This document shows positions 12,384-26,011 of a DNA stretch of 64,000 nt, in pieces. How positions within the stretch are numbered: position 1 is the first letter of the stretch; each line of letters begins with the position of its first letter. The position numbers were made by a program, and so were the translations under genes. The stretch lies in NCBI RefSeq assembly GCF_009914755.1, contig NC_060925.1; one strand, written 5' to 3'. The notes beneath the pieces were generated by a model. It was not told the DNA's origin, searched no databases, and worked only from the letters and a program-made list of their open reading frames with translations. The stretch comes from the human T2T-CHM13v2.0 reference genome, Homo sapiens.

Positions 12384-13864
12384 AACTTTCTAAAAAGATT
12401 ACTAAAAAGAAATTACATGATTTTTGCATATAACAGAGTTTGAAAATAGTTTTTTTAATGTCATATTGCACACCAAAACAAAATTTTAATTTTTAATTTA
12501 ATTTATTAGTTTAGTTCATTTTATGGTGCCATATTTTGACGTATTCAGAAGCTTGACAATCACAGCATAAAATATTAATTAGATTATTGAACTGAAGGCT
12601 ATGGTGACATGATGGTGAAAGTCTAAGATCTGAAAATTCTTAGATTCTCTAAATGCTTATACTTTTTCATTCTGAATGGTTATACTTATTCAAAATTGAA
12701 TTCTCTTCTCTACAGACAGAGGTAAAGAGTAAACATCACTTTAATTTGGAACCATTGTTTTTTTCTTTAACATTAAAAGTTAACAAAAATAAATAAACCA
12801 GCATCATCCTAAGCTGTGAAAAATTATGATGTATAATATTGTTATAGATGAGACTTTTCAGCACATTGTATCAGTCAGATAATTTAATAGAAAATTTGGT
12901 TTAACTGTAGTAATTCTTCTTTCAGGTATACAGAGCTATTGCAGCTTGACTGTTTTTACTAATTACCATCCAATGTATTTTTTGAATAAAGGATTTTTTG
13001 GCATTGTAAATATACAGCTATATTTATTTGTCAAGTGGACCATTAATCCATCAACTAAAGGCTATATTAACTCAGCAAATTATAATAATGTGAACAGATG
13101 CTTATAAATATTTCTTCTTCAAGTCAATTCATGGGCTGTTATTAATTCTAAGCTATTAAATAGGATAGCTGGACTTAAAACATTTTAATATTTTTATATT
13201 TTATGTATAAAATATATATTTATATATTTTTCTACATATATTTATATATATTTCTAGTATGTATATTTATATTTACTTCTATTTGTCTTTCTTAGCTCTT
13301 CTAGGCAATTTCTTTAGATGTAGGTGAGGAATGTTGTGTCTATTAACTTCAAAACCATGCCCTTTCTGAAGCTGGTAGGTAAACTGATTATCATCCCCTT
13401 CCCCACATTCATACTTACTTGAAAACAGACACAGATCACTGTTCTGGAACAATAGAGTTCCACTCAACAATCTTATTTTCTCTTCTTTCTGACATCCTAC
13501 CCTCCACAAAGGCAGTGTCTGTATGTCCACAAGCTATTGATATAACATGGGGAAAATATTGAAACAGCCACACTGTTCAGTAGAAAAGAATCCTCTAATA
13601 CAAATTCAATCATTTGACTTAATTAACAACTTTATTCAAGAATTTTTGGCTTTTTGGTTCTGGGTAGACACAGACTGCATCTTACATATTCAAAACACCC
13701 CGTGGATGACAGGAAAACGTTTACTTTGTGTGATTTGTCCCTCAACTTTACAAAGGTTACTTTACAATTCAAAATTCATATGTAGAATGCCAAATACATA
13801 ATAAATATGAGTAATTTGAAATTACTGCCTAAAGTAAAGGAAAAATAATTCTCAAACAAATTAG

Positions 13865-14300
13865 ACTCACCTTTGTAGTGGAGAATCACAGCCAGTGTGA
13901 CATATATATGGGACTGAATCTTTCTGATGGTTTGAGTACAAATGTTTGCTTAATCTTAGTGTTGTGGATACTGCTTTGTGCCTCTGGTCTCATGCTCTAT
14001 TTAGTTAAAAATCCTATGTGGTCACTGAAAGTTTCCAACAACCAAATATCTTCCCTGGAGCTATGCCACTTGGAAAGGTAAATCACCTTTGGCAAGGGAA
14101 TACAGATTTCAGTATTTCCTAAGGGTGAATATATGTAGTGAACTAATTTAGCATCCAAGTTTTGGTAAAAGCAAAACGACTGTGATTGGGAAGATGAACA
14201 GATATGTCCCTGGCTAAGGATAGCAAGTGCAATGAATTAGTAAAGACAAAATCCAGAATTCTGATCATTGACAATCCCTGAACTGAATAAATATGACTTA
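13865..14300 (-). promoter_or_regulatory. Candidate OR2T33 non-coding first exon and promoter
   Basis: Perfect donor AG|GTGAGT at 13871/13870; O/E(EBF)-like sites TCCCTGGAG 14052-14060 and TCCTAAGGG 14117-14125, plus TAAT homeodomain cores, in non-repeat DNA about 4 kb upstream of the CDS. Confidence 0.45.
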
Positions 14301-14764
14301 ATTACCTGAAATAAGTTTTTAATTTTCTGTAATTGTATCATGATAATAATAATATATTTCATTTATTGAACATTTCTACATGCTAGTGAATATGCTCGGC
14401 ATTTTACATGCATTTACATGCGTGTTATTTAATCTTTTAATTAGCTGTTTGTTCTGTGAACTTCTACATTAATATAGCAATGTAAACAATGCTAACGGTT
14501 TTAAATACCATATTTATATTAACTGTCATGAGGTAGCAGAGTGAAAGAACTTTGATGTTCACATCATAGATTTGTGGTTCTTAAAGGTTGAGGAACATCT
14601 GAATCATTCAGAATACTTATGGATTACACTTTGAGAAATACTGCCTTTTATAAAAAAATCTGAAGGGGAATTTCAACTATTTTGAACTGGGTCACAATGC
14701 TTTGATAGCCTATAAACTAATCAATTCCCAACTTTGCATGTTTAAATGTTTAAATGTTTTTGTG

Positions 14765-14975
14765 TTTTGTTTTGAATCTAGCTTCTATTCCTTACCCACT
14801 TCGTGATTTTTGGATAACATGATCTTCATGTTCCTTTCCTATAAAAGATGCATAATAAAATTGCTTGCTTTGTAGCATTATTGAAAGGAATAAATAAAAT
14901 ACTTGTAAACCACCTGGGAGACTATCTGGCCCATAGTATATTCTCTATCCATGTTCATTGATATCATTATTGTGA
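14765..14975 (+). mobile_element. MIR SINE
   Basis: gtttgaatctagcttct ... ttcctataaaagatgcataataa ... cttgtaaaccacctgg ... tggcccatagta. Confidence 0.5.
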
Positions 14976-15299
14976 TTGTTCTGAAAGAAAAAAAAATCCC
15001 TCTAAGGCAGAGTAATGTTGATTCTGGTCTAAATATTATAAAAACTTATCTAAAAGAAAATAAGATAAGGACAGGGTAGCCTGTTCTTTTGGTGTTTAAT
15101 AGTTCTGCCCAAAGACTATTTAGTGCTCTGGGTGAATGCTTCTGTGTTTGATTTGCCATTTACCATAAATTACGGTCCAGAATCTGTGACGTTGTTATGT
15201 CAAGCAGACATGTAAAGAATTTCTGTCCGTGCCAAGTAAGACATAAACCAGTTTTATAATAATTGGAAACAAAACAAAAATAGCGAAACTTTTTTTTCT

Positions 15300-15870
15300 T
15301 TTGAAATCAAATTCACAGTGTCTTTTCCAATACTACTTCTCCAACTCTCACACCAACTAAGTGTCTTACTATTTAATTTAGTCCTGACACTTACTGCAGT
15401 CTGGAGCATCAGACTCCAGATGTCGCAGAAATCAATCCCACAAGACTGCCTTCCCTTCAGACGTCAGTCTCAAGTAGGGGGTATCCAGGTTACTTCTACC
15501 TGATTTGGATACAAAGTTGGAGGTTCTCACAACCACTCTGCTTCAGGTTATATAACTGGCTAGAATGAAGCATGAAAATAAAGAAAATGCTACACTCACT
15601 ATTATAGTTTATTATAAGGGATACAAATGAAGAGTCAGATGAAGAGGTACATCTGGGAAGTTCCAGAAGAATCCCAAGCCCGCGAGCTCCTGTCTGTGGA
15701 GTTGGGGTCTGCAATCCTCTGGGCAAGTAAATGTGTTTGCCAACTCAGAAGCTCCCTGAACCCTTTCATTATGGGTTTTATGGTGGTTTCATTATATAGA
15801 CATTAATGTGGCTATTGGTAATTGACTCAATCTACAGCCCCCACCTCCCCAGAAGTTGGGTAATGGGGCA
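15300..15870. mobile_element. MER21-like LTR fragment (a second piece at 16634-16725)
   Basis: gtttattataagggatacaaatgaagagtcagatgaagaggtacat, gtggagttgggg, gaagctccctgaaccc recalled as MER21-family. Confidence 0.55.
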
Positions 15871-16633
15871 TGAGATGAAGCGGGGACCCCTCTTAGTGAC
15901 CTGCAAGTTCCTCCAAGTACAGAGATAAAGGAAAAGCTTAAGTTCCTTCAGGGAAATTCCAGGCACCTAGCTAGTACTGAGAAATAAACAAGCAACTTCA
16001 TAAGTAAGAAGGTAATAATTGCCTAATGCAATAGCCAAGGAAGTTAAAAATCACAGAATGTTTAGTTCCATTATAAAAACTAAAATAACATCTTTCCATA
16101 TGTTCATGAGTTGTTTTTCAGAAACCTGGAACCCCACTAAATAGATCTACTGGCACATAGACCTCAGATAAGGAGGAACTGAGGACAGAACTCAGACCAC
16201 CACTTTTTCTTCTGAATTTCTTCCTGAGAGGCCTGGAGGAAGTCACACCCATGGATGAGAGCTAAAATTCTTTTCTGCTGATTCCAATTTTTTAGACAAA
16301 ACTTTGCCTCGTTAACCAATCACAAATCAGAAAATGTTTGACTCTACCTAAGATGTGTGGGCCCTGACTTTGAGATGTCCCATATTTTCAGGTTAAGCCC
16401 ATATATAATGTCAATATACTGATTTATGACTTTGCCTGTAACCTCTGTCTCCCTGCCTTTAAAAACTTACCTGTAAGCCATCCATCAGAGAGTTCAGATC
16501 TTAAGCATTAGCTGCCCACTTCTCCTTGCTTGGCCCCCTGTAATAAATTCCTCCTTTTCTTTTGCGGCAATCTGCATGTCGGCATTTGACTTTGCTGTAT
16601 CAGGCAGGCTGACGTACGTTTAGTTTGGTAACA
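15871..16633 (+). mobile_element. ERV1 (MER39/LTR29-like) solo LTR
   Basis: TG...CA termini (tgagatgaagc ... tttggtaaca), gggaaattccaggcacctagctag, internal aataaa near 16543. Confidence 0.65.
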
Positions 16634-16726
16634 TCTCTGTGGACTTGGGGTGTGCCACTCTCAGGGTATGTAAATGTGTTTGCTGACACACAACCTCCCT
16701 GAACCCTCTTGTTTATTGAGGATTTT

Positions 16727-19700
16727 AAAACCTCTAGTTTCTGGGGTACATGTGTACATTTGTCATACAGGTATGACACAGGGGTTTGATATACCCAGGT
16801 AATAAGCATAGTACCCAGTAGGTGGTTTCTCATTGTCTCTCACCTTCCACCCTCAAGTAGGCCCCGGTGTCTGTTGTTCCTGTCTGTGTGTCCATGTGTA
16901 CTTAATGTTTAGCTCCCACTTATAATGAAAACATGCAGTATTTGGTTTGTAGTTCCTTTGTTGCTTTGCTTAGACTAATGGCCTCCACTTCTCCCATGTT
17001 GCTGCAAAGGACATAATCTCAGTCTTTTTATGGATGCATAGTATTTCGTGGTGTATATGTACTACATTTTTGTTATCCAGTCTACTATTGATGGGCATGG
17101 AGGTGGATTCCATGTCTTCACTACTGTGAATAGTGCTGGAATGAACATACATGTGCAGGTTATTTTACTATAGAACAATGTATACTCCTTTGGGTATACA
17201 AGTAATATTGAGATGGGTGGGTCGAATGGTAGTTCAGTTTTAAGTTCTTTGAGAAATCACAAAGCTGCTTTCCACAATGGTTGAACTAATCTACATTCCT
17301 ACCAAGGGTGTATAAGCGTTCCCTTTTCTCTGCAACCTCACCATCATTTGTTATTTTTAGATTTTTTAATAATATCCATTCTGACTGGTATGAGATGATA
17401 TCTCATTGCGGTTTTGTTGTGCATTTCTCTAACGATTAGTGATGTTGAGCACTTTTCCATATGCTTATTGGCAACATGAATGTCATCTTTTGAAAAGGGT
17501 CTATTCATGTCCTTTGCCCACTTTTTATTGGAGTTGTTTGTTTTCTGTTAATTTGATTAAATTTCTTGTAGATTCTGGATAGTAAATTTTGTTGCATGCA
17601 TATTTGCAAATATTTTATCCCATTCTGTAGTTTGTGTTTTCTCCTTTAATAATTTCTTTTTTGCTGCAAGGGCTCTTTAATTTAATTAGGTTCCACTTGT
17701 TAATTTATGGTTTTTTTTGTTGCAATCAATTTTGGCATCTTCGTTGTAAAATCTTTGCCAGGTCCTATATCCAGAATGGCATTTCCTAAATTAGTTTTCA
17801 GAGTATTTATAGTTTTATGTTTTACATTTAAGTCTTTAGTCCATCTAAAGTTGACTTTTGTATGTGATTTGAGGAAGGGTTCCAGTTACAATCTTCTGCA
17901 TTTGACTAGACAGTTATCCCAGCACCATTTTTTGAACAGGAAGTCATTTCTCTATTGATTATCTTGGTAGACTTTGGTGAAAATCACATGGCTGTAGGTG
18001 TACGGCATTATTTCTGGGCTCTCCATTCTGTTCCATTGGTCTATGTGTCTGTTGTTGTACCAGTAACATGCTGTTTTGATTATTGTAGCCTTGTAGTATA
18101 GTTTGAAGTCAGGTAGTGCAATGCCTCCAGCTTTGTTCTTTTGGCTTAGGATTGCCTTGGCTATTTGGGTTGTTTTTTGATTCCATATGAATTTTAAAAT
18201 TGTTTTCTCTAATTATGTGAGGAATGTCATTGGTAGTTTGACCTAGGAATACTATTGAATCTGTAAATTGCTTTGGGCAGTAGGGCCATTTTAACAATAT
18301 TGATTTTTTCCTATCCATGAACATGGAAAGTTTTTCCATTTGTGTGTGTCATCTCCAATTTCTTTGATCAGTGTTTTATATCTCTCATTGTAGAGACCTT
18401 TCACTACCCTGGTTAGCTGTATTTTTGTCATGGTCCTTGTGAATGGGATTGAGTTCCTGGTTTGACTCTTACCTTAGCTGCTACTGGTGTATGGAAATGC
18501 CACTGTTTTTTGTACATTGATTTTGTATGCTGAAACTTTGCTGAAGTTTATCAGATCAGGGATATTTTGGACAAAGGCTATGGGGTTTTCCAGATATAGA
18601 ATGTTATCATCTATGAAGAGAGATATGTTGACTTCCTCTCTTCCTGTTTAAATGTTTTTCATTTTTTTCTCTTGCCTAATTGCTCTGGTTAGGACTTCCA
18701 GAATTATGTTGAATAAATGTGATGAGAAAGGGTATCCTTGTCTTGTTTAAGTTTTCAAAGAGAATGCTTCCAGGTTTTGACTATCCAGTATGATGTTGGC
18801 TATGGAGTTGTTGTATATGGCTTTTATTATTTTTGAATATGTTTCTTTAATGCCCAGTTTGCTGAGGAATTTTAACATGAAGGTATGTTATGCTGAATAT
18901 CCAAGGCCTTTTTTGCATCTTTTGAGATGACTATGTGGCTTTTATGTGTTGAATCAAATTTATTGATTTTCTGTTTATGTGATGAATCACATTTATTGAT
19001 TTGTGTATACTGAACAAATCTTGCATCTCAGGAATAACCCTACTTGATTGTGGTAGATTAGCTTTTTGATGTTCTGCTAGATTTGGTTTGCTAGTATTCT
19101 GTTGAGGATTTTTGCATTTATGTTTATCCAAATATTGGCCTGAATTTTTCTCTTTTGTGTGTGTCTGTGAAGTTTTGGTATTAGAATTATTTGGGTCTCA
19201 TAGAGTGAGTTAGAGAGAAGTTCCTCTCCTCAATTATTTTGCAATAGTTTCAGTAGGATTGCAACTAGCTCTTCTTTTACATCTGATAGAATTTGGCTGT
19301 GAATCTTTCTGCTCCTGGGCTTTTTCTAGTTGGTAGGCTTTTTAGTATTGATTCAATTTGGAACTAAATATTGGTCTGTTCAGGATTTCCATTTCTTCCT
19401 GGTTCAATCTTGGGAGGTTGCATGTTTCCAGGAATGCATAAATTTCTTGTAGGTTTTCTAATTTGTGTGCATATAGGTATTCATAATTGTCTATGTTTTT
19501 TTAAAAATATCTTTGGGGTTGATTTGTAATGTACCCCTTGTTATTTCTGATTTTGTTTATTTGAATTTTCTCTTTATTTTCTCTTTTAGTCTAGCTAGCA
19601 TTCTATCCATCTTATTTACTCTTTCAACAAACCAATTTCTGGATTCATTGGTCTTTTGTATAATTTTCGTCATCTCAACTTCATTTGGTTCAACTCTGAT

Positions 19701-20900
19701 TTTGGTTATTTCTTGTCTTCTGCTAGCTTTGGTTTTGGTTTGCTCTTGTTTCTCTAGTTCCTGTAGGTGTAATGTTAGGTTGTTAATTCAAGATCTTTCT
19801 AATTTTTTATACGGGCATTTCACACTATAAACTTTCTTTTTAACAGCACTTTAGTTGTGTTACAGGGATTCTGGTATGTTATAATTTTGTACTCATTCGT
19901 TTCAAAGAATGCCTTGATTTCTGTCTTAATTTCATTATAACCCAAAAGTTGTCAGAAGCAGGTTGTTGAGTTTTCATGTAAATGTGTATTTTGAGCCATC
20001 TTCTTAGTATTCATTTCTATTTTCATTGCCCTGTAGTTGGTATAATTTATGTGTTTGTTTATTTAATTGAGTGAGGATTGTTTTGTGGCTGATTGTGTGG
20101 TTGATTCTAGAGTATGTGCCAGGTGCATATGAGAAGAATGTATATTCTGTTGTTTGGAGGGGGCGACATCTGTAGATGTCTATTAGGTCCATTTGGTCAA
20201 GTATCAAGTTCAGGTCCCAAATATATTTGTTAGTTTTCTGCCTGGATGATCTGTCTAACACTGTCAATGGGTTGTTGAAGTCTTCCCCTGTTATGTGGTT
20301 ATCGAAGTCTCTTCGTAGGTCTCTAAGAACTTGCTTTATGAATCTGGATGGTTCTGTGTTGGGTGCATATACATTTAACATGGTTAGGTCTTCTTGATGA
20401 CCTGAAACCTTTACCATTATGTCTCCTCCTTCTTTGTCTTCTTTGATCTTTGTTGGCTTTGTTGGTCTGTTTTGTCTGATTTTAAGATTGTAACCTCTGC
20501 TTTTTTGTTTTGTTTTGTTTTCCATTTGCGTGGTAGATTTTTCTTCCATCCCATTATGCTGAGCCTACGGATGTCCTGGCATGTGAGATGGATCTCTTGA
20601 AGATAGCATACAGTTGGCTTTTATCCAACTTGCCACTCTGTTCCTTTTAATTCGGGGCATTTAGCCCATTTGAATTCCACATTAATATTGAGATGTGTGT
20701 ATTTGATCCTGTCATTGTATTGTTAGCAGCTTATTATGCAGACTTGTTCGTGTGGTTGCTTTATAGTGTCAATGGTCTCTACTTATGTGTGTGTGGTTTC
20801 TGTGTTTGTTTTTGTGGCAGTAATCATCTTTCTTTTCCATATTCTTCCATATTTAGCACTCCCTTCAGGACCTCTTGCGAGGCAGGAGGTGACAAATTCC
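16727..20900 (-). mobile_element. 5'-truncated older L1PA (about PA13-16), 4.2 kb, decayed
   Basis: 3' UTR at 16727, ORF2 RT/EN remnants (ORF 20004-20549 endonuclease-like), ends in the ORF1 3' region next to the left edge of copy B. Confidence 0.85.
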
Positions 20901-21926
20901 ATTTAGCCCAGACAGTAATTTTTTAAAAATTTTGGGTGATGTATCTTGCAGTTCAACAATATCCATTTCATTCTTTTTCAATGTTTTATTTCTTTATTGT
21001 GATGCTTTATTTCTTTGTTGAGTCTTCTATTTATTTCAGCTGTATTTAAACTTACTTGCTTTGTCATTTTTATATCTCTACTAAAATCCTCGTCAGAGAA
21101 ATTGAACACCTATATTTTCACCATCAACCTCTTGTTAGTCATGATTTTCAGGTTGTCATTTTCTCATTTATTTGTATAAGAAGCTATTTTCAATTGTATT
21201 CTGGGCATTTCTATTATTGTGCTTTTAAATTTGGATCTTATTTAAACCTTCTATTTTACTCAATCTTCTCTGACACCTTACTGGTGGAAGAAGAGAGCTG
21301 TCACATGGTTACAGCCTGGCAGCAATGCAAGCCCAGGTTTTCCACACGGTCTCACTTGACACCTTGTGGCAGAGAGGTACCTCACTACTGGTCCCCAGAT
21401 GGTCTCCACTCACACTTCTAGAGGTAGCCTTTGTACCAACCAGGAGGTAATGATGCATGTATATTAATAATGGACACTGATATGTATTATTTAGTGTAAT
21501 TTCTCACATCATGATATCAATGTTTTGTTGACAACATGAGTTGGGATAGGTTCCTTCCTATTCTATGTTATTAAATGATTGTGTAATATTAGTAGTATTA
21601 TTTTTTCCCTCATATAATTGATTGAGTATACTACTGAAACCATATGGGCTGAGATTTTTTGTTACTAAATAATTTGATAAATTACATGCTTATTATTTTT
21701 TGTTTGTTTTTTAAGGCTTTTCATTGTAATTTTTTCTTTTACCCTTCTTTTTATCTAGAAGCTTTTAGCCTAATTGAAAAAATAAAAACCTCAAATATAA
21801 TGTAAAACATAAACAAATCTGGAAAAGTAGCAGAAGACAGAGTACGTTCAAAACAAAATACATTGTATTTATTTCTACAATTATATTTAAAAATTTTAAA
21901 ATAAACATTTTGATTAAACCAAATAA

Positions 21927-22258
<332 letters not shown>

Positions 22259-23002
22259 TAAATAAACATTTTGATTAAACCAAATAACAAAATGCATAAA
22301 AATAAATATATGAAAATCTATGCAAGATGTTTATGTTTGATTCCATAAAAATTTGCTTAGATATACTATAGAAAAATTAATATGTAGATAACATGTTTTG
22401 CCTAAATAATGATACACTTGAAAAACCACTAATCTCTCTCAATTGATCTATGGACTAATATAAATAATAAATCTATAAAGCACTAAAAAATAAGATGCTA
22501 CCCTTTAATTCTTGAAGCGTATTTTTTTTGTAGAGAAAATACATAAGAAAAGCCCACTAATTCTATGAAAAAAATTATACATTGGACTTTACAAAAATAA
22601 AAATCTCTGCTGTGCAAAACATACCATTAAAATAATAAACAGGCTAGCCAAAAGGGAGGAAAAAATATTTATAGTACAGATGTTTGACAAAATATTTTTG
22701 CCCAGAATAAATAAAAAAATTTAAACTGAATGAAATAAATAAAAACAAAAATATTTTGGCAAAATATATAAAGATACTCTTCTTAAAATAACATATATCA
22801 ATGACAGGTAAGCATCTAAGAAGGTGCTGAACTTCATTATTCTCCAGGTAATGCAATATTTTAAAATGACAGAGATACCACAACTAGAAGGATTAAAATT
22901 AAAAATATTCAAATGCCAAATGCTAGTGATGATGGAGAGTAATACGACCTCTCCATCATCACTCACACTAGTTGGGGGAGGTAAAATGTTTTAAAAAAAG
23001 AA

Positions 23003-25000
23003 GAAGTCAAATTATCTTTCTTCTTTGATGATATGGTTCTATACCTAGAAAACCCCAAAGACACAGCCAAAAGGCTCCTAGAACTGATAACTTCAGCAAA
23101 GTTTCAGAATACAAAATAAACAGACAAAAATCAATAGCATTTCTATACACCAATAACATTCAAGCTGAGAGCAGGAACAGAAAAGTAAATAGTGAATGTT
23201 CTCACTTATAAGTGCAAGCCAAACACTGAGTACGGAAGGACACAAGCATGGGAACAAAAAACACTGAAGACTACTAAAGAGGTTAAGGAGGGGGAAACGT
23301 GGGGCGAAAAATTACCTATTGGGTGCTATGCTCACTATCTGGATGACAGAATTTGTACCCCAAAGTTCAGTAACATGTAATATAACATTTAACAAAACTG
23401 CACCTGTACCCCCCTGAATCTAAAATAAAACTTGAAGTTATAAATAAGAATAAAAATTTTAGAAGATATAGAAGAAAAATCTTTATGACTTGGGGTTAGG
23501 CAAATAATTCTTGGGCATGACAGCAATGACATGACCCATTAAGAAAAACTGTCTAAGTAGGACTTCATGAAAATTAAAAGCTTTTGTACTGTTAAAGGGA
23601 GATTAGGAGAAAATATTTACAAATCACATCTCTGTCAAAAGACTTATTTAGAAAATATACAGATAACTCTATACATTTAACAGTAAATAAAAACTAAATC
23701 CAATCAGACTAGGAGTCAAAGGGTTAAACAGACAACTCATGAATGAAATATATGTATGTCAATATATGCAAATCATAAATGTGACAAAGGGCTATTCTCT
23801 AGAATGTTTAAAGAACACTAAAAGTCAACAGTGAAAATAAATGATAAAAACATTAAGAGACATTTCATCAAATAGGATTAACAGCTAAATAAGCAAAACA
23901 AACAAAAACACTAAAATGGTTTCCAAAATATTTTTATAATGAAAATTAAATCTGTGATAAAATAAACTACATACCTATCAGAATAAAAATATTGACAATA
24001 CCAAGTGCTAAAGAAGATGCAATGCAACTGGGTATTTCAAAAATTGCTGGTGGGAATAAAAAATGGTACAACTGGCTGGGCACAGTGCCTCACTCCTGTA
24101 ATCCCAGCATTTTGGGAGGCCAAGGTGGGTGGATCATGAGGTCAGGAGACAGAAACCATCCTGGGCAACATGATGAAACCCCGTCTCTACTAAAAATACA
24201 AAAATTAAATACACATTTATTATACAACACAAGGATGGCAATGATTCATTTTACAACCCCATGTTCCTGCATAGTTATCCTAGAGAAATAAAAACTTACA
24301 GTCGTTCAAAAACCTGACATGAATGTCCATAGCAGCTTCATTTGTAATAGCAAAACCTATAAACAACACAAATGTCCTTCAATACAAATGCATAAACAAA
24401 CTTTGGTACAATTAGACACTAGAATGCTATTCAGGAATTAAAAAGAAGAAATTATTGACACATACAATGACCTGGATAGAACTCAAGGGCATTGTACTTT
24501 GTAAAAAAAGAAAAGCCAATCTCAAAAGTTCACATATTGTATGTTTTATATCTCTATCTTTATCTGTGCAATGAAATTATAGTGATGTAGAACCGATCTT
24601 TGGTCTCCAGGGGTTAGGAGGTTTGGGGAGAGGATGTGACTGACTATTGAGAAATAACAAGAGGAAGTTTCTTTGCGGTAATAAAACAGTTCTGTATCCT
24701 GATTGGGGTGACGGTTACATAAATCTACACGTGTGAAAAATTTCATCGAATTCTACAAACAACCACACACACACAAAATACATGTAACAACTGGTGAAAT
24801 TTGAATGAGTTAATAGTACTCTATCAAAGTGAATTTCCTGGGTATGATAATGTACTATGGTTATATAAGATAGTATCGTTGGGACAAGCTGGGTGAAGGA
24901 TACACAGGAATTTTCTGTACTTTTTTTAATGTCCCATAACTCAAATACAAATAACGGCAACAAAAAAATTCAATGCAAAAATTGTAATAATAAAGCAAAA
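23003..25000 (+). mobile_element. L1PB/L1MA piece (23003-23445, internally deleted) plus older L1MC/ME 3' fragments
   Basis: atacctagaaaacccc ORF2 motif joined directly to gttctcacttataagtg 3' UTR; older motifs aatgtccatagcagcttcatttgtaatagc and gctgggtgaaggatacacagga. Confidence 0.6.
24074..24207 (+). mobile_element. Alu left monomer only (AluS-like)
   Basis: ggctgggcacagtg ... ctactaaaaatacaaaaatta with no right arm. Confidence 0.9.
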
Positions 25001-25290
25001 AAGTAATCTTTAAGTTATAATTTTTCCCTAAATTGAGCTGAATACTTACTGAATCTCAGTTTTAAAATTACAGAAGTTTTGTTTGTGAAATTAAAAGCAG
25101 AGTCTAAAATTTCTACAGGAATGCAAAGAATCAAAAACAGGAAAACTTGAAAACAAAAATAAAGAAAAAAAAACAAGATAGGATGATTATTCTACCTAAT
25201 ATCAAAACGTTTTATAAGGCTACAGAAATTAATATACTGTGGTATCTGTTCAGTAATAGAAATATAGACAAAGGGTAAAAATGGCAGACC

Positions 25291-25391
25291 AGTTAATGGG
25301 TGCAGCACACCAACATGGCACATGTATACATATGTAACAAACCTGCACGTTGCGCACATGTACCCTAAAACTTAAAGTATAATTAAAAAAA
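25291..25391 (+). mobile_element. L1PA 3'-end stub
   Basis: agttaatgggtgcagcacaccaacatggcacatg ... cttaaagtataat plus A-run; degenerate TSD aaaaatggcag / aaaaatggccag. Confidence 0.85.
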
Positions 25392-26011
25392 TGGCCAGTC
25401 TATTAATTGCCCCACATCGATACATAATTAATAATAATACCTAATCTGCCACTGAGGCCTTTTCAATAAATGATGCTGGGTCAGTATGTAATGATCCAAC
25501 AACATATATGCACGAACTAATTGGAAAAGAATTACAACGTTAGCATAGTAGACTATCTTTATGTCTTGGGTTAGACCAAGATTTCTTAAAGAACACCAAA
25601 AGAAAAACCATGAAATAAAAGATTGATGAATTTATCTTCATACAACTAAAACTTTCTGCTCATAAAACATCTCCATTATGAAAGAGATGCAAGCCACACA
25701 TTGGAAGATATTGGGCAAAATATTGATATCCAACATGCATAAAAAATTCTTAACAAATCAGCAAGAAGAGTCAGCTCTCCCTCCCCACCAGTATGTTAGA
25801 ATAATGATTTCCTTTGTGAAGGTATTGACTTGGAAGAGACAAAAGGAAGACATAAAGGGTACTAGATGATCTTTGTTGTAGTTACACAGATACATACGAT
25901 TTTTTACATATGTAAAAAAATTATCAGTTGTACAATTAAGATTTGCATTAACTGTATTAAATAAATCTGTATTAATGTAAATCAATTGCACATTGAAGAT
26001 GAATGAATTCT

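Noticed and set aside
13195-13275. AT-rich (TA)n-like tract
   Set aside because: Ordinary low-complexity sequence.
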